The position numbers and the translations under genes are program-made. The notes below the pieces were generated by a model. That model saw nothing but the letters and a program-made list of their open reading frames with translations, did no database searches and had not been told where the DNA came from. A stretch of 63,893 nt of DNA, counting the filler, from Kipferlia bialata (lineage: Eukaryota), in assembly GCA_003568945.1 (NCBI GenBank). It is 3 parts of 3 records of this genome, joined end to end, with 100 filler letters (N's around TTAATTAATTAA, not from the genome) between each part and the next. Parts side by side here need not be neighbours in the genome. Positions count along the whole stretch, not along the records: positions 1 to 29,384 come from BDIP01000137.1; positions 29,485 to 58,771 come from BDIP01000138.1; 1 more part is not named here. The stretch is one strand, 5' to 3'. Shown piece by piece: positions 25,165 to 37,833 of this stretch; the stretch's first letter is position 1, and each line of letters opens with the position of its first letter.

Positions 25165-27790
25165 AAATTTATACTACTACCATTACCTGCATATACCATC
25201 TATGTCAGCAATATCTCCCAGTCCTTGTGTGACACTGTTGAGTGTGTCACGTAGGAGAGACTCCAGGGTGGTCAGACCATCAAGGAGGGAGGAGTCCTCA
25301 CTCCCACGCTGGGATTAGAATATGGACATGACTATTAAAGAAATACACTGAGGTGTAGGTACTATATGCTGTCTGATTACATGGAGAAGGGTAAGGGTAT
25401 GTATGTAACTGATACTTGGTGGGCACTCCTGTCTGACTGCCTCACAGGCATGTATACTATATACCCATATATATATATATAGGTGTATATACCTGGTAAT
25501 TAGACAGCACAGATGTCACTGCCTGTCTGACTGCCTCAGAGACATATATACATAGTAAAATACTTAATGCATATACTTATACATATACATTACACACATA
25601 TACATACCTGATACTTGGACAGCACCACAGTGACTGCCTGTCTGACTGCCTCAGAGACACACATATACACACATACTATATTCATATATACAATTATAAA
25701 TATATATATATATGTAACCCACCTGATACTTGGACAGCACCCCAGTCACTGCCTGTCAACTGTATTATACTATATATATATATATATATATATATAAACA
25801 GAAGTATACATATACTTATACATGCCTGATACTTAGAGAGTACCCCAGTCACTGCCTGTCTGACTGCCTCAGAGACCAAGGGGGTCACAAGGGACAGAGA
25901 GCCAAGCCTAAATGTGAGTGGGTAATTGTAAATACAGAGGAAGAAGTTAATAGAACCAAGCCTTGAAAAATGAGAAGAATGAAATATTGAATTAGTGTAT
26001 TTAGATTATAGATATGAAAGTATACATGAAGAATAATGAATGAAGTGTAAGCATACATACCTAGCCAGCACCCCCAGTGGATGCACAATGCACTCTGAGT
26101 GTTGAACAGTCTCTCTCTCCCCCTCTCTCTCCCCCTCTGTATCGGAGCCATCATTGAGTGATGTTCCCCCTCTCTCTTCATCTGCATCTGACTCCTCAGC
26201 AGGTGATATGCTGTATCCAGCAAGAGAGGAGGGGGAGGGGGAAGGGGAGAGCGAGCGCTGGCTCCGTGCATCACTCTCTCCCTCACTCTCTCCCTCACTA
26301 CTGCTACTCTCGCTATCACTCTCACTATCACTCTCGCTCTCACTATCGCTATCTGTGTCTGGGGCCAAGTCAACACCCTCAGCACAGGCAGAGAGGGTGG
26401 AGGTTAGGTATCTCTGGGGTAAGCATGAGAGAGAGGGAGAGAACACCAGGACACAGGCAGAATAGGTGGATACTAGACCCTGCTGATGGCAAGAGTGTAT
26501 ATACATAGAGAGAGAGAGAACCCCTCGGCACAAGCAGAGAGGGGGATATATACCGCTGAAGGTGAGAGTATATGTATAGAGAGAGACACATACAGACAGA
26601 GAGAGATAGCCATGTCAACACCTCAGCATAAGCAGAAAGGGTGGATATCTCTGGGGTAAGCATAAGAGAGAGAGAGAGAGAGATAGCCATGTCAACACTG
26701 TCAGCACCCACGTAGAGAGGACGGAAGTGTGTCAGTAACTGATAGTATACCAGTAACAGTTACTGCTTACCTTTATCATGTCTCTCCTGTTAGAGAATGC
26801 CTCACTGCCGTAGAATGCCCTGGTTAAGGCAAGGACACCCACAGGGACAGGGCCATCAGGAAGGGGGTAGGGGAAGGGGGTCACTACCTAGAGTTAGGGA
26901 ATAGAGATATTGATATATAGATATAGATAATGGGGGAAAATAGCACATAATGGTGTAGGGCCACTAGGAAGGGGTAGGGGAAGGGATTGACAACCTACAG
27001 TTAGGGCATAGAGACGTACCAAGAGACATTGAGAGAGAGACAGAAATGGACTGAAGAGAGAGAGATAGAGAGAGAGTAGGATCAGGAAGGGAGTGACCTG
27101 ATGAAAGAAGGTACATAGAAGAAGAATAGAGAAAGAGAGAGATGGAGAGAGAGAGATCGGATATATACGAGGAAGTCGTATACAACCTTGAGATGAGAAA
27201 ACTAATTCAGAGACAGAGGCCGAGGGAGAGAATCGAGAGAGGCCGAGGAGAAACACTATCTGTTACTGTAATAGATAGGGGGACGGCATGGAGAGGGGGG
27301 GAGAGAGAGAGAGAGAAGGTAGACGGCATGGAGAGGGGGGAGAGAGAGAGAGAGAAGGTAGACAGCATGGAGAGGGGGGGGGAGAGAGAGAGAGAGAGAG
27401 AAGGGGGGCAGAGAGTGAGGGACATACATAGCACAGGGGGAGACACAGAGGAGAAACACAGGGGTATGCATACAGTATATATGGTAGTGACAGACAGGGA
27501 TTGACTAGGGTACAGGGGGGGGGAGGGGGGGCTTCCACACCAATGTACACAGAGTACCATATAGTAAATACATATATTAGGGTGTGAAAATAGTATACAT
27601 ACACTATACATACCGGCCGTGTGAGTGTCATCAATACTATATAGCTACTATATATACTATTACAGTATATATATACATATATCATACCGGCCTAGTGAGT
27701 GTCATCAGTGCACTCCACAGGGCATCTNNNCATATATCATACCGGCCTAGTGAGTGTCATCAGTGCACTCCACAGGGCATCTGGGTCCAT
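25165..27790 (-). CDS. Hypothetical multi-exon gene with an acidic Ser/Glu-rich exon (boundaries uncertain)
   Basis: Exon-like blocks with acceptors and donors: MDPDALWSALMTLTRP (about 27790-27743), DSDSESES-rich exon (about 26413-26060), LGSLSLVTPLVSEAVRQAVTGVLSKYQ (about 25907-25826) and RGSEDSSLLDGLTTLESLL (from about 25308). Confidence 0.45.
25408..25877 (-). repeat. Donor-side exon-edge echo array (exon plus 4 copies)
   Basis: Plus-strand motif CCTGATACTT...CACTGCCTGTCTGACTGCCTCAGAGAC at about 25825 (exon), 25721, 25605, 25490 and 25408. Confidence 0.9.
27281..27400 (+). repeat. About 39-nt tandem repeat (AAGGTAGACRGCATGGAGAGGGGGG-(GA)n), about 3 units
   Basis: Three consecutive units visible in the sequence. 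Confidence 0.7.
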
Positions 27791-27793
27791 GGC

Positions 27794-27831
<38 letters not shown>

Positions 27832-28079
27832 CCCCTCAAGCTGTTGTGTTAGCTCTGTCAGCTCTCTCTTCACCACACACTCCTTCTCTATGCGCTCCTT
27901 TACTGCCCCACTAGGTTAAGAGAGAGACACTAGGAGTCTTAAAGTGACTGCGTAGAAGGCACCGATGTCAAACCATTGAGGGACTCAACCCTTTTCAGCC
28001 CAATACTCAAAAACACTGACCAATTTATCCACATCTTCACAAGGATCGAGAAGTATCTATCTTCTAGAGCTATCTGAGC

Positions 28080-28302
28080 ATGAATGAACGCCAGATGGAA
28101 GTACTCCGGAGGTGAGCCCGTAGCAATTGGTTGTGTGTACAATACATGTTTCACGTGTATTTCGTGCTCATGTATCGTATCAAACTGATACCAGATACGG
28201 CGATTCTCTGGGCGACCTCAATATTATATGTGAGTTCGACGATGCAGAGATTGCGGATGCCATAGCCGCTGAGGGGAGGTGAGATCAGTATCAACTTTTA
28301 TA

Positions 28303-28346
<44 letters not shown>

Positions 28347-28877
28347 TACTCACCCATGCATACTGATACTGATACTGATGCCATAGTCGCTCAGGAGAGG
28401 TGATATATCACGGATGTGATGGCTAGTATGGTGTGTATCAGTATCAGTACCATAAGTGACTATAGTAATAGATTCTCAGTATCAGTATCATTCATAACTC
28501 TTTCTCTCTCGATTATAACTCTCTCTATAGTAATATATACTGATCAGTAACAGTATTAGTGTCATATCTAGGTAAAAGTATTGTGATAATATCACCCCTG
28601 ACCTACAGGCAGATGGAGCGGATGACAGCTGACTACTTAGCTGGTGGAACCTGTCTATCCAGGGAGCAGGAGGTAGTCTTATACATTATAGTATATACAT
28701 CATATACAGAGGTAAGCATGGATACATTACAGTATTAATATTAACATCGCTAAAAAGAATAAGGCCCGCTACTATTGGATATGGTATATATATACTGTGT
28801 TGCTACTCTTGGTCGTCTCTATCCAGGGAGCAGGAGGTACCTGGTCTATTGAGTAGATCTAATTCAGAAGTGTCAAC

Positions 28878-28908
<31 letters not shown>

Positions 28909-29080
28909 CTCACCCATATATAGTATAATTATATACAGATCCCGTGACGGACTATTAGATATATATATACATATATATCTATTTCTAAATATGAATATAT
29001 ATATATATATATATATATCTATATTTAACACCAGGATGTGCTTCTCAGGATGCTGGACCCAACCCTCTCTGATGTACATA
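28080..29080 (+). CDS. Hypothetical multi-exon gene, 3' truncated at the contig end
   Basis: Phase-consistent exons MNERQMEVLR|RYGDSLGDLNIICEFDDAEIADAIAAEG|RQMERMTADYLAGGTCLSREQE|DVLLRMLDPTLSD with GT-AG introns. Confidence 0.5.
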
Positions 29081-29384
29081 ACTATACTGACACATGTTCA
29101 TATATGGGATTATTGTATATAATGTAACTAGTGGAGCTGCCGCACATACGTGCGGCAACAAAAGGAACTAAGAGAACAGGGAGAAAGGTGAAGGAAGAAC
29201 AGGAAGAATAGAACAACACTTGCAATGTTTGCTTGCTGATTGTAGCCCACAACTTATGGGTGAGTATTCCTCCAGTATACATGGTTGCCGTCGACACCGG
29301 CAACTTAATGGATCAACTGAACAGAAAGAAAGGGGAAGGATAAACAGAAAGGACACCACAACCAACACATACTATTAATAGGAG

Positions 29385-29484
29385 NNNNNNNNNNNNNNNN
29401 NNNNNNNNNNNNNNNNNNNNNNNNNNNNTTAATTAATTAANNNNNNNNNNNNNNNNNNNNNNNNNNNNNNNNNNNNNNNNNNNN
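29385..29484. other. Artificial contig linker (N44-TTAATTAATTAA-N44)
   Basis: Exactly 100 nt with a six-frame stop spacer; identical structure at 58772-58871. Confidence 0.97.
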
Positions 29485-32400
29485 CCTGTAGGTCCCCAAG
29501 TACATGTGTAGCTACCCCAGGGTGGGATAGGGACACAGGTCCAGAGGAGTGAGCAGTGCCTAGTGAGAGGGACGTGGTGGCATCAATGGAGAGAGTGTCT
29601 CCGGAGATAGGCACATCCACCGATAGGCTGTCAGTCTCCACTATGAAGCCAGCTCCAACAGAGAGAGACCCAGTAGTCACACTGTCTGCTGAGAGTGATG
29701 CACCACTAGCGTCAATGGTGGAAACACTCAGATCCAGTGTACCACCGGAGAGTACTGCTGAACCTTCATCCAGGGTGAGAGACGATACCCCCTTCTGGCT
29801 GGTCGTAGAAGCTAGGTATAGGGGGGCGTAGCTGTCACCTACAGTCCCTATGGTTACATAGGCTTGGTCCAAGGCTTTAAGGCTGCCCTCGGACATGGAA
29901 ATGGGTCCACTGACAGCTATACCAGCGGGAGAGACAGAGAGAGAGGTATCCCCAGAGGAGAGCACAACCTCAGTATCCGCATCTAGAGTGGCTGTATCTG
30001 CAGACACGCTCACATCCTCTGCACTCTCTATGGAGAGAGTGGCATCAGAAGACACAGCGAGACCGGCACCCAATGGGGTACTGATAGATGTGACATGCAG
30101 TGACATGTCGCCGTCATCCTTCCAAGACACTTGGCCCTCACCATTGGTATACAGTACCTGATGGTTAGACTCAGACTCAATGTATGAACATATCCCCATA
30201 TACTGACCCAACAGACATCTTACCTGCCCTGGCACCCCATCGACACTGGGTAGGGAATAAGTCCCTACGGTAAGGGTCGAAAATGACCCTGCAGCTGGCG
30301 TCGTTGCGCCAACAATAGTGTTGTCGATGGTGCCACTGGAAACGGTGGCCTCTCCCACTATAAGAGAGGGAGTAAAGACTGAGGCTGGGGATACTGCCAT
30401 CCCAACTAGAGGGTCACTGCTGAATGATACAGTGTCAGCAGTGAATGTGAGGGCGCCCCCCTCCATACTAATAGCACATGTTGCTTGGGGGGTCTCCTTG
30501 GAATCTGAGGAGAATGCATTGGCACTCAGGGGAAACGAGTGGGGCCTCCCACTGCTACACCCGTTAGGTACAGAGTAAGAGGGAGACCCAAACTCCCCAC
30601 CTGCAGCGGATGGCGCAGATCCAGAGTGCTCAGACACAACTCCCTCAACACCACAATCTGGTGCCATGCAGCCATGCGAGGCAGGAGGGGGAGGGGGAGC
30701 ATTACCCATGGTGAAGGTAGGCGGTACCTCTATATCACTCCCCACACTCACACTACCTGTCTCACTGGATATAGTGTTGACAGTGACACCCGCAGCTGAC
30801 ATACTACCAGCCTCAATGGTATCGGCAGAGAGACCAGTGGTAACCACCTCCACTGTCTCCACCTTGGCAGCTGTGACATCCCTAGACGTCACTGTATCTG
30901 CAATGATATCACTCGCTGATACTCCAGACACCACCACATCACTACCCACTCTCAGCAGCACTATAGTGACCAGTGCACCGCAGAGGAGGGAGAGACAGAG
31001 CAGCAGCACTGCCACTAAGGTTAGCACCCTCATCGTGATAGGGGTGGCAGAGAGAGTGCCGCGCCTGGGTCTCTGTGGGGTGGCACGACTGCAGAGGCCC
31101 TTGAGACGGGACTCCTTGACAGGGGGGTCCAGAGAGAGACCCTTGCCGTGCACAGTAAAGTTGTCAGGCAGGACCTGGTGTCATTAAGATATGCATTACA
31201 GTATGAGTCACACTGAACCAGAACAGGTCAATGCAGCCAAAGTACAGTATTATACATACCTGTACTGCAGGCAGGCGTGGCAGCTTGGAAGGGGCAATGG
31301 GGGAGGGGGTGTCAGGTGCGATACCATTGATGGCATACATCCGTCCCTTTCCACTCTCCTTGCTACCCTTAGGACTACCTCCAGATGCAGTGGTGGTCTT
31401 GGTCTTGGCCCTCAGCTTGGCCAAGGCACCTATAGAGAGAGAGGGTCTCTCTGATGGACTGGATGTACTGGTCAAAGGGTTCAAGGGAGAGAGAGAGATG
31501 TCCGGAGGAGTGATGGACTGGTGCCTCTGGAGCACACTATTCACATTATCCCTAGGGATCAGGATGTGTACTACTAGCAACACGCGTATGTATTAGTACC
31601 ACCCATATATCGCACACCCACACCTACTCCTACCACATACACAGTGTTAAGTCTAATATCATATATATATATACATGAATTAATTATATTGAATTAATTG
31701 AGTTAAATGAATTAATATATGTCCCACCTATCAGTCCCCGATGCAAAGTGGAAGCTGTACTTGGGCCTGTATCTATCCCTCACCCCATGGGTCTTGAGGT
31801 CCCTGGTACGGGCTATCCTAGCCTTCAAGGGTCAGATTGTATCTATATTATATCTGACAGTGATAGCAAGGGTCAGATACTGTAACAAGTGGTGTATGGT
31901 CAAACAAACGGAAACGTTCGATGAATTTGGCGCAACCGTATATTCATACATCTGTATCAGTGTGAGGATGTACAACCATACACTACCTTGTTAGGGTCGA
32001 TAGGACATGAGAAACTGGTCCCGTCGGTGCGCAAGAGTACTAGTACAGAGAGAGACAGCTGTTCACCGACAGTAACGAGGTGAAATGTGCCCTTTGGGCC
32101 GGTGCTAGGGTAAAAGGGACTAACAGATACGATGAACGGTGGAGACGCCCCTTCTTGAACTATAGAGACAAGGTATTGTGTATATGGGCCCACCTAGTCC
32201 ATGCTGTGGCACCCTCTACTAAGACCTCCACACCCACTCTTTCACAAGAGTAAAGGACTGAGGTGATGTCTGCATTGACAGATTGGACAGACGTTAAGGG
32301 ACCATCCTAGGTATGAGACACACATATATACATACATAGGGTGTGTGTGTGGGGGGGGGGGGGATGAGAATGATATAGACATACATTAGTGTAAGTGGGA

Positions 32401-32577
32401 CACTTGCTCGTGCCTGTAGGCGGCTGCAAGTGGGTATGTATATATCTAAACGGACTGACCCTCAGTGCAAGTGTCAGAGTCGATAATGGAATAGGAAGCA
32501 GAGGGAGAATACGCAGAGTATTGACTAGTATAGGGGAGTATTATATATCTCACCTCCTGGGTGGGAGCACTGTCCAT
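29485..32577 (-). CDS. Hypothetical type II membrane protein with a long Ser/Thr/Val/Gly-rich beta-repeat (fibre-like) ectodomain, 3' truncated
   Basis: Probable start MDSAPTQE|gtgaga at 32577, then several short exons. Large exon with TM VLTLVAVLLLCLSLLCGALVTIVLL, followed by GTIDNTIVGATTPAAGSFSTL and LPSVDGVPGQ|VLYTNGEGQVSW (66-nt in-frame intron at about 30222-30157). Confidence 0.65.
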
Positions 32578-32632
32578 CTCTAATCACTCTCCCCCCTCAG
32601 TGAATGGAGGCGGGTGCCCTTAGAGTCTAAGG

Positions 32633-33164
32633 CAGGCATGTATTTTTGTGTACCGCACCCCTTCGGGTACCAACTTTGGCCGATGGGTCCCAGTTTGGAG
32701 ATGAAAGTGGTACCCGGGACCCGGGTCCCAGGTACCCACCCCCATATTACGGTCTAGGGAGTCCCCACAAACACAATACGCTGTTTAGAGCAATATGTGT
32801 ACTTTGACAACGGTACCGGTATCGTATTAGGGCATGGTATGGCCTATAAGACCCTCAATTCAGCAATAATCACATCGAGTTTTGACCACTTCTTTCACGT
32901 CAAAACCTTGAAATACATACACACCCTTCCCATAGCTACGGATAGGTTGATCTATTAGTGTTCCCCGCTATTCATTCTTTGTAGTGTGCTCAAGGTTCTG
33001 AGTTTTTGCCTACACCCTTTTTCACATAGGTCGTAGCTATATACCCCAAATGACCTTTTTCGTGAAAAGTGCGTATTATTCCGTACTCGGTGGGTCCCAT
33101 TCTGACTAAAATGTGGGTCCCGAAGTCATAAATATGGGGGCGGGTACCAAAAATTACATGCCTG
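32633..33164. mobile_element. 532-bp non-autonomous hAT-type DNA transposon (MITE)
   Basis: Imperfect TIR CAGGCATGTATTTTTGTGTACC / GGTACCAAAAATTACATGCCTG, flanked by an exact 8-bp TSD GTCTAAGG (32625-32632 and 33165-33172). No ORF. Confidence 0.88.
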
Positions 33165-35052
33165 GTCTAAGGCTTAGACTCTAGACCCAAGTACAGGACA
33201 AATGCAAAAAGGGTCCATCTAGGCAATCAAGGCAGACAATCCCTTATTGGCCGAGTCCTTACATATATGGATTCACTTCCACAGCACTAGCCAGGGATCT
33301 ACCACCAAATTGGATGATGGTCAGTATACAGATCTGAGGAGTGAGACCGGAAGGATCTTCATTGAATGACCATTGCATTAATTATAGACTCTCTCTCGAA
33401 CTGGTACTATACTATTACACATGTTGGTGGTTGGACATATATTGAAAGAAATGTCTATATATAAGTGTGAGTGTGGTAAACACAAATAGGATAGAGTCAG
33501 ATTATCGTGAACATCAACCTAACCACACCTATACGAAGTGAGTGTTGTATCCTTGTATGGATAGTGGGGTATGCGATGTATCTAAGTGCATTGGGGTGAT
33601 ACATACATAGTGTCTGTAAATGCAAACTCATATATATATACAGACACAGACAGATCATTGCACTATCCCACACATATATGGTGTAACCAAGGTCACAGTA
33701 CATTCAGGGAGGATGACACACGGTTCTGCTTGGTCCCATTCAAGCCCATGGTTGTAGAGATACTAAGGAGAGATGACCCTACCTCAGGGTTCTATTCCTC
33801 CATCCCGAGGTCCCACAGTCCTAGCTCAGAAGATGTCTTCACAATATAGTCATGTGCATACAGACTGTTCATTAAGAAAGGTATATCCACAAATCACCTC
33901 TCCTCCTACTGTAATTCTCAAACACGAATAGTGTTACAGTGTAACGTACACTGTGTTTATGTTTCCAGGGGTCCCAGGGCATACACACCATCTATACCCA
34001 TACCTTTCCCATCTATATTCGGTCTATTGTCCATCCTTGGTCTGATCTTCAGGCCCAACGTGAGTGCCAGATCAGAAATTGGACAGACCCTTTTGCTACA
34101 CAATAGTGGGTACCATATAGTGTGCCACTGTATTCCGCAGCGGGAGTAGACTCTATTCAATAGAGAGTCTGTTCAGTTGACTCAGAATCGTGGTGTGATC
34201 CATTATTATAATAGCTGAACAGTGATAGAATCCTGGATTCTATCCAGTGTGTGTTAACTGACACTGTTAAGTTTACACTGTACTGGACCACCGCTTGTCC
34301 CCACCTGACTGAAGCACATCTTGACCTTGTGGAATCCAGTTCATATGGGTAGTAAGTATTCCAGGTCTAGAATACTCCAATTCTAACGCAATCTATGACT
34401 GACTGTCTCAGTCTGAGAGTGTCACTTTGTCATTGATTTCGGTTATGATGAGTACCAATATATCGAGATAGGACGAACATGACACGTTCAACTCCTGAGT
34501 CTCCTAGACGTTGGAGTAACTCCAATGGAGTTCAATGATTGGACCATTGTTTGCGAATACCCATCCGGAGGGTTTCAGTGAGACTGAGTATTGAATATTG
34601 CAATGTCCTGGCCAATAGAGAGACTATTGCAGGTCCTAGCATTCCTCATTGCTATAATAGCAATGCTATTTAGGACATTCCCTGCATCCATAGTTGCTAT
34701 ACCATAGAGTCCATAAGTTATAGATGCTGTTCATATGATATTGAGTGTTAGTTAGTCAGACAGAGTTGTCCAATTGATACAATTCTGAGTCACAATCAAT
34801 GTAAAGACACACGTGGTGTTGCGAGATGACACTTTGATCTACAAATGGTGCTGCGAGCTCGCCCTGTGTTCTTATGATTACTCTTTCTCTGAATAGTCAG
34901 TGAGCACACATCTTATGACTGATACTATACAGAGAACCCTGTCCTACATCATGTATCTGTGACATTTATGTCTATACATACACAACGCTACACTCATATT
35001 AGAGATATGAGAGATATGTGACACATCCTGTCAGACACAACACAGACACCAG

Positions 35053-37640
35053 TCACCAGCCGTTCCTAGCCCCCTCCTCGGTGACCTCTGGACCTGACAG
35101 CGCCATCAGACCAAGCTCCACACCCTCCAGGGGGGCCTGGGTATGAGGGAGAGGCACCACGATAAACATATATATCTATCTCTCTATACGATAAACATAT
35201 ATATCTATCTCTCTATATAAATACATATTACGATGGAGTATGCACTGTATATATATATATACATATATATATATATACATCAATACCTCCTGGGTCCAGA
35301 TGGACGTGGTACTTGGGGCATCTGGGGATGTCTGGCCAAGGAGGACAGGGCTGTGCGTCAGACACTACCAGGAGTGAGTGAATATAGATAACACTGCAAA
35401 CCGTATGTAGAGGTCCGGTGAAAGACCTATGAAATTGACTGAAGATACAGCTCCAATGACTTGACACCTGCAGTGTGGGGCAATTGTACATAGGGCCTGT
35501 CTGAGGGAGAGAGAGGAGTCCACAGGGAGAAGAGGCACTAGAGCCTCAACCTGCGCATGAGGACAGTGTGAGACACAAAGAGATCACACTAAGACGTACC
35601 TCGCATGGGTGTATGGGTTCAACAATAGCAGCCAGGTAGGGGGTGATGCATGACTCGCCCTGCACACATGCCGCAACAAGGGCAGCTGGGTAAGGCAGAC
35701 AGGGGCAGATAGACAGGAAGAGACTGGGAGACAAAGAGACCACCCACAATCTGCGCACCCTGGTATATTCCAAACATAGAGCCGGCGATATTCCTATTCT
35801 TATTATATGGCACTAATTCCGCACCTAGCGCTGTCTGTCTGTCTAGGGGGACAGGGGCCTGCGCCTCCACCTCCCTGGAGACACCTGACCTGGGGGCACC
35901 CTTGCCCATCCTAATAGGGGTGGCTGGGGGTCAGGCAGGACACACGTGTACATACATGGTCATAGACATACCTGTAGGGGAGGTCGGTCTGCTACCTGGT
36001 CTACTACCAGGCCTCGAGGGTCCACCTGTAATGAGATTGTATGTGTATATACTACAAGAACACAGGGGTCAGAGATAGATCGACAATATCGATAGCATTA
36101 GGTTCAGTTAGATGAAGAGGTAAACATGAGAAAGGCAGAGTACTGATTGTGATACTAGCATCCCCCATATCCCCCATATCCCAGTATCAATACTCCCCAC
36201 CTGTCTCCGGGGCGTCTGACGTCCAGTAGGTACCCAACACATACTCAAGCAGAGACAACGCTGGTGTCAGAACACAGGTGACATGAAGACCCACCTACAA
36301 ACACATACACCATCTACATATATATATCATCTACATATATATACATACACCATCTACATATATATATCATCATATATTCATCATCACATCTACAATCGGC
36401 CAAACCCAGACAGGTATTACTGATACTACACGACACTTCACTTCACAGCATGACTCAAATGGTACAAACAGCAGTCCCCTACCGCCTTGTGTAGCACAAC
36501 AGTATTCAAGGCACTATCACAATCACATCGCATACTACTATATCGTGTACTCCCCACCTGCCCTGTGTAGCACACTGGAGCAAGGTATGGACCCATGCCC
36601 CAGGGAGTGCCTAGGCTGAGACGGAAAGAGACATGCTGGTAGGAATGGAGCAGATGATGTGTATGACATATGACAGCACAGTAACGATGCCGACCAGTGA
36701 CTGTATCAGTGTATATTATATATATATTATATATAGCCACTGAGGGTGGGTACCTGATGTCGACCAGGGACAGAGGCAGACCCATCTCTGAGGCCAGCAC
36801 GCCCAGGGGAACGCGCCTCACACCTAGGGTCAGTATCACTAGCAAAGGGGTGAGGAGTCGACTATCCTGACCCATGGACTCATCGATAGCAGCTGAGTGC
36901 CACATGCATACATGCCCCTATACACCCCTGTCTACCTGTCTGCTGTGAGTCACAGAGCAGCGTGACGCCTCTCTGCACCACAGACACCAGGGCAAGGGTC
37001 ACCACGTTCCTCTCACGCTGGTGTAAGAGAGATGGGTATTGGAAGACTCGAGTATCCCCGGGGGAAATAATGAATATAGCCTCAATTATGTCTTATCATC
37101 ACTGTGGTGATACATATATATATATCTATATAAATATACATATACATATAGGTATTAATATTCACACCCACACATATATATATAGTATACAATAATATCC
37201 ACCTCTCTGTCCGCTGCCCTCTGCCTGTCCCTGCCCGTCTGTCTCACAGATGCCCCACTCACCCCAGACCTCGCCCTCTCTGCCTTCTCTTCTCTCTCCC
37301 TCTCCTCCTGCCTGTCGTAAGTGGGGATCAGTAGGTATCAGTACACACACGCATATATCTATATCTATATCAATACTACATGTGTACACACAGACTGGAT
37401 ACCTGCCGAGTGTCAGGAGCACTGTGAATATGTCACGGGTCACCTAGGGGGTAAGCGGGGCGGAAACAAGTGTAAGAGAGCTGTACTGGTATATATACAC
37501 TTAACAGAGAGAGAGAGAGAGCTAGCACCCTGCCTAAGGAGCAGGGTCACTAATGATAGACGGGGAGGGAGGAGGTTGGTACCTGAACCGACACTGGGAG
37601 CCTTGCCCTCCTGGCCCATACGTCCATCCTGGCCATGGCC
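35053..37640 (-). CDS. Hypothetical multi-exon gene (5' exons probably lost in a low-quality G/C tract)
   Basis: Series of GC-rich exon blocks bounded by CCCCAG/CCTAG acceptors and GT donors, e.g. RERNVVTLALVSVVQRGVTLLCDSQQT and GVRRVPLGVLASEMGLPLSLVDI. Last exon ...EVTEEGARNGW*. No domain recognised. Confidence 0.45.
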
Positions 37641-37757
37641 TGGGGTAGGTATAGCAAGGATGCACATAGAGCAGACACTATAGTATAGTACATCCTAGGA
37701 CGGGGGGGGGGGGGGGGGGGCCCCCCCCCCCCCCCCCCCCTTGTTTTTTTTGTTTTT

Positions 37758-37791
<34 letters not shown>

Positions 37792-37833
37792 TCATTTCGA
37801 TGTGCCAATCCTGACACTGACACTGACCCCCAG

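Noticed and set aside
27684..27782. Perfect 40-nt duplicate as an echo
   Set aside because: It flanks an NNN gap at 27728-27730 and may be an assembly overlap; only the diverged copy at about 27611 is credible.
29429..29440. TTAATTAATTAA as a biological motif, and gene adjacency across it
   Set aside because: It is an artificial six-frame-stop linker, so synteny across 29385-29484 and 58772-58871 is meaningless.
37700..37790. G/C homopolymer inverted structure as a bidirectional promoter or G-quadruplex
   Set aside because: It looks like low-quality gap fill. Both flanking genes present splice acceptors towards it, implying missing upstream exons. The same caveat applies to poly-G at 1-52, 24953-25031 and 58872-58911.
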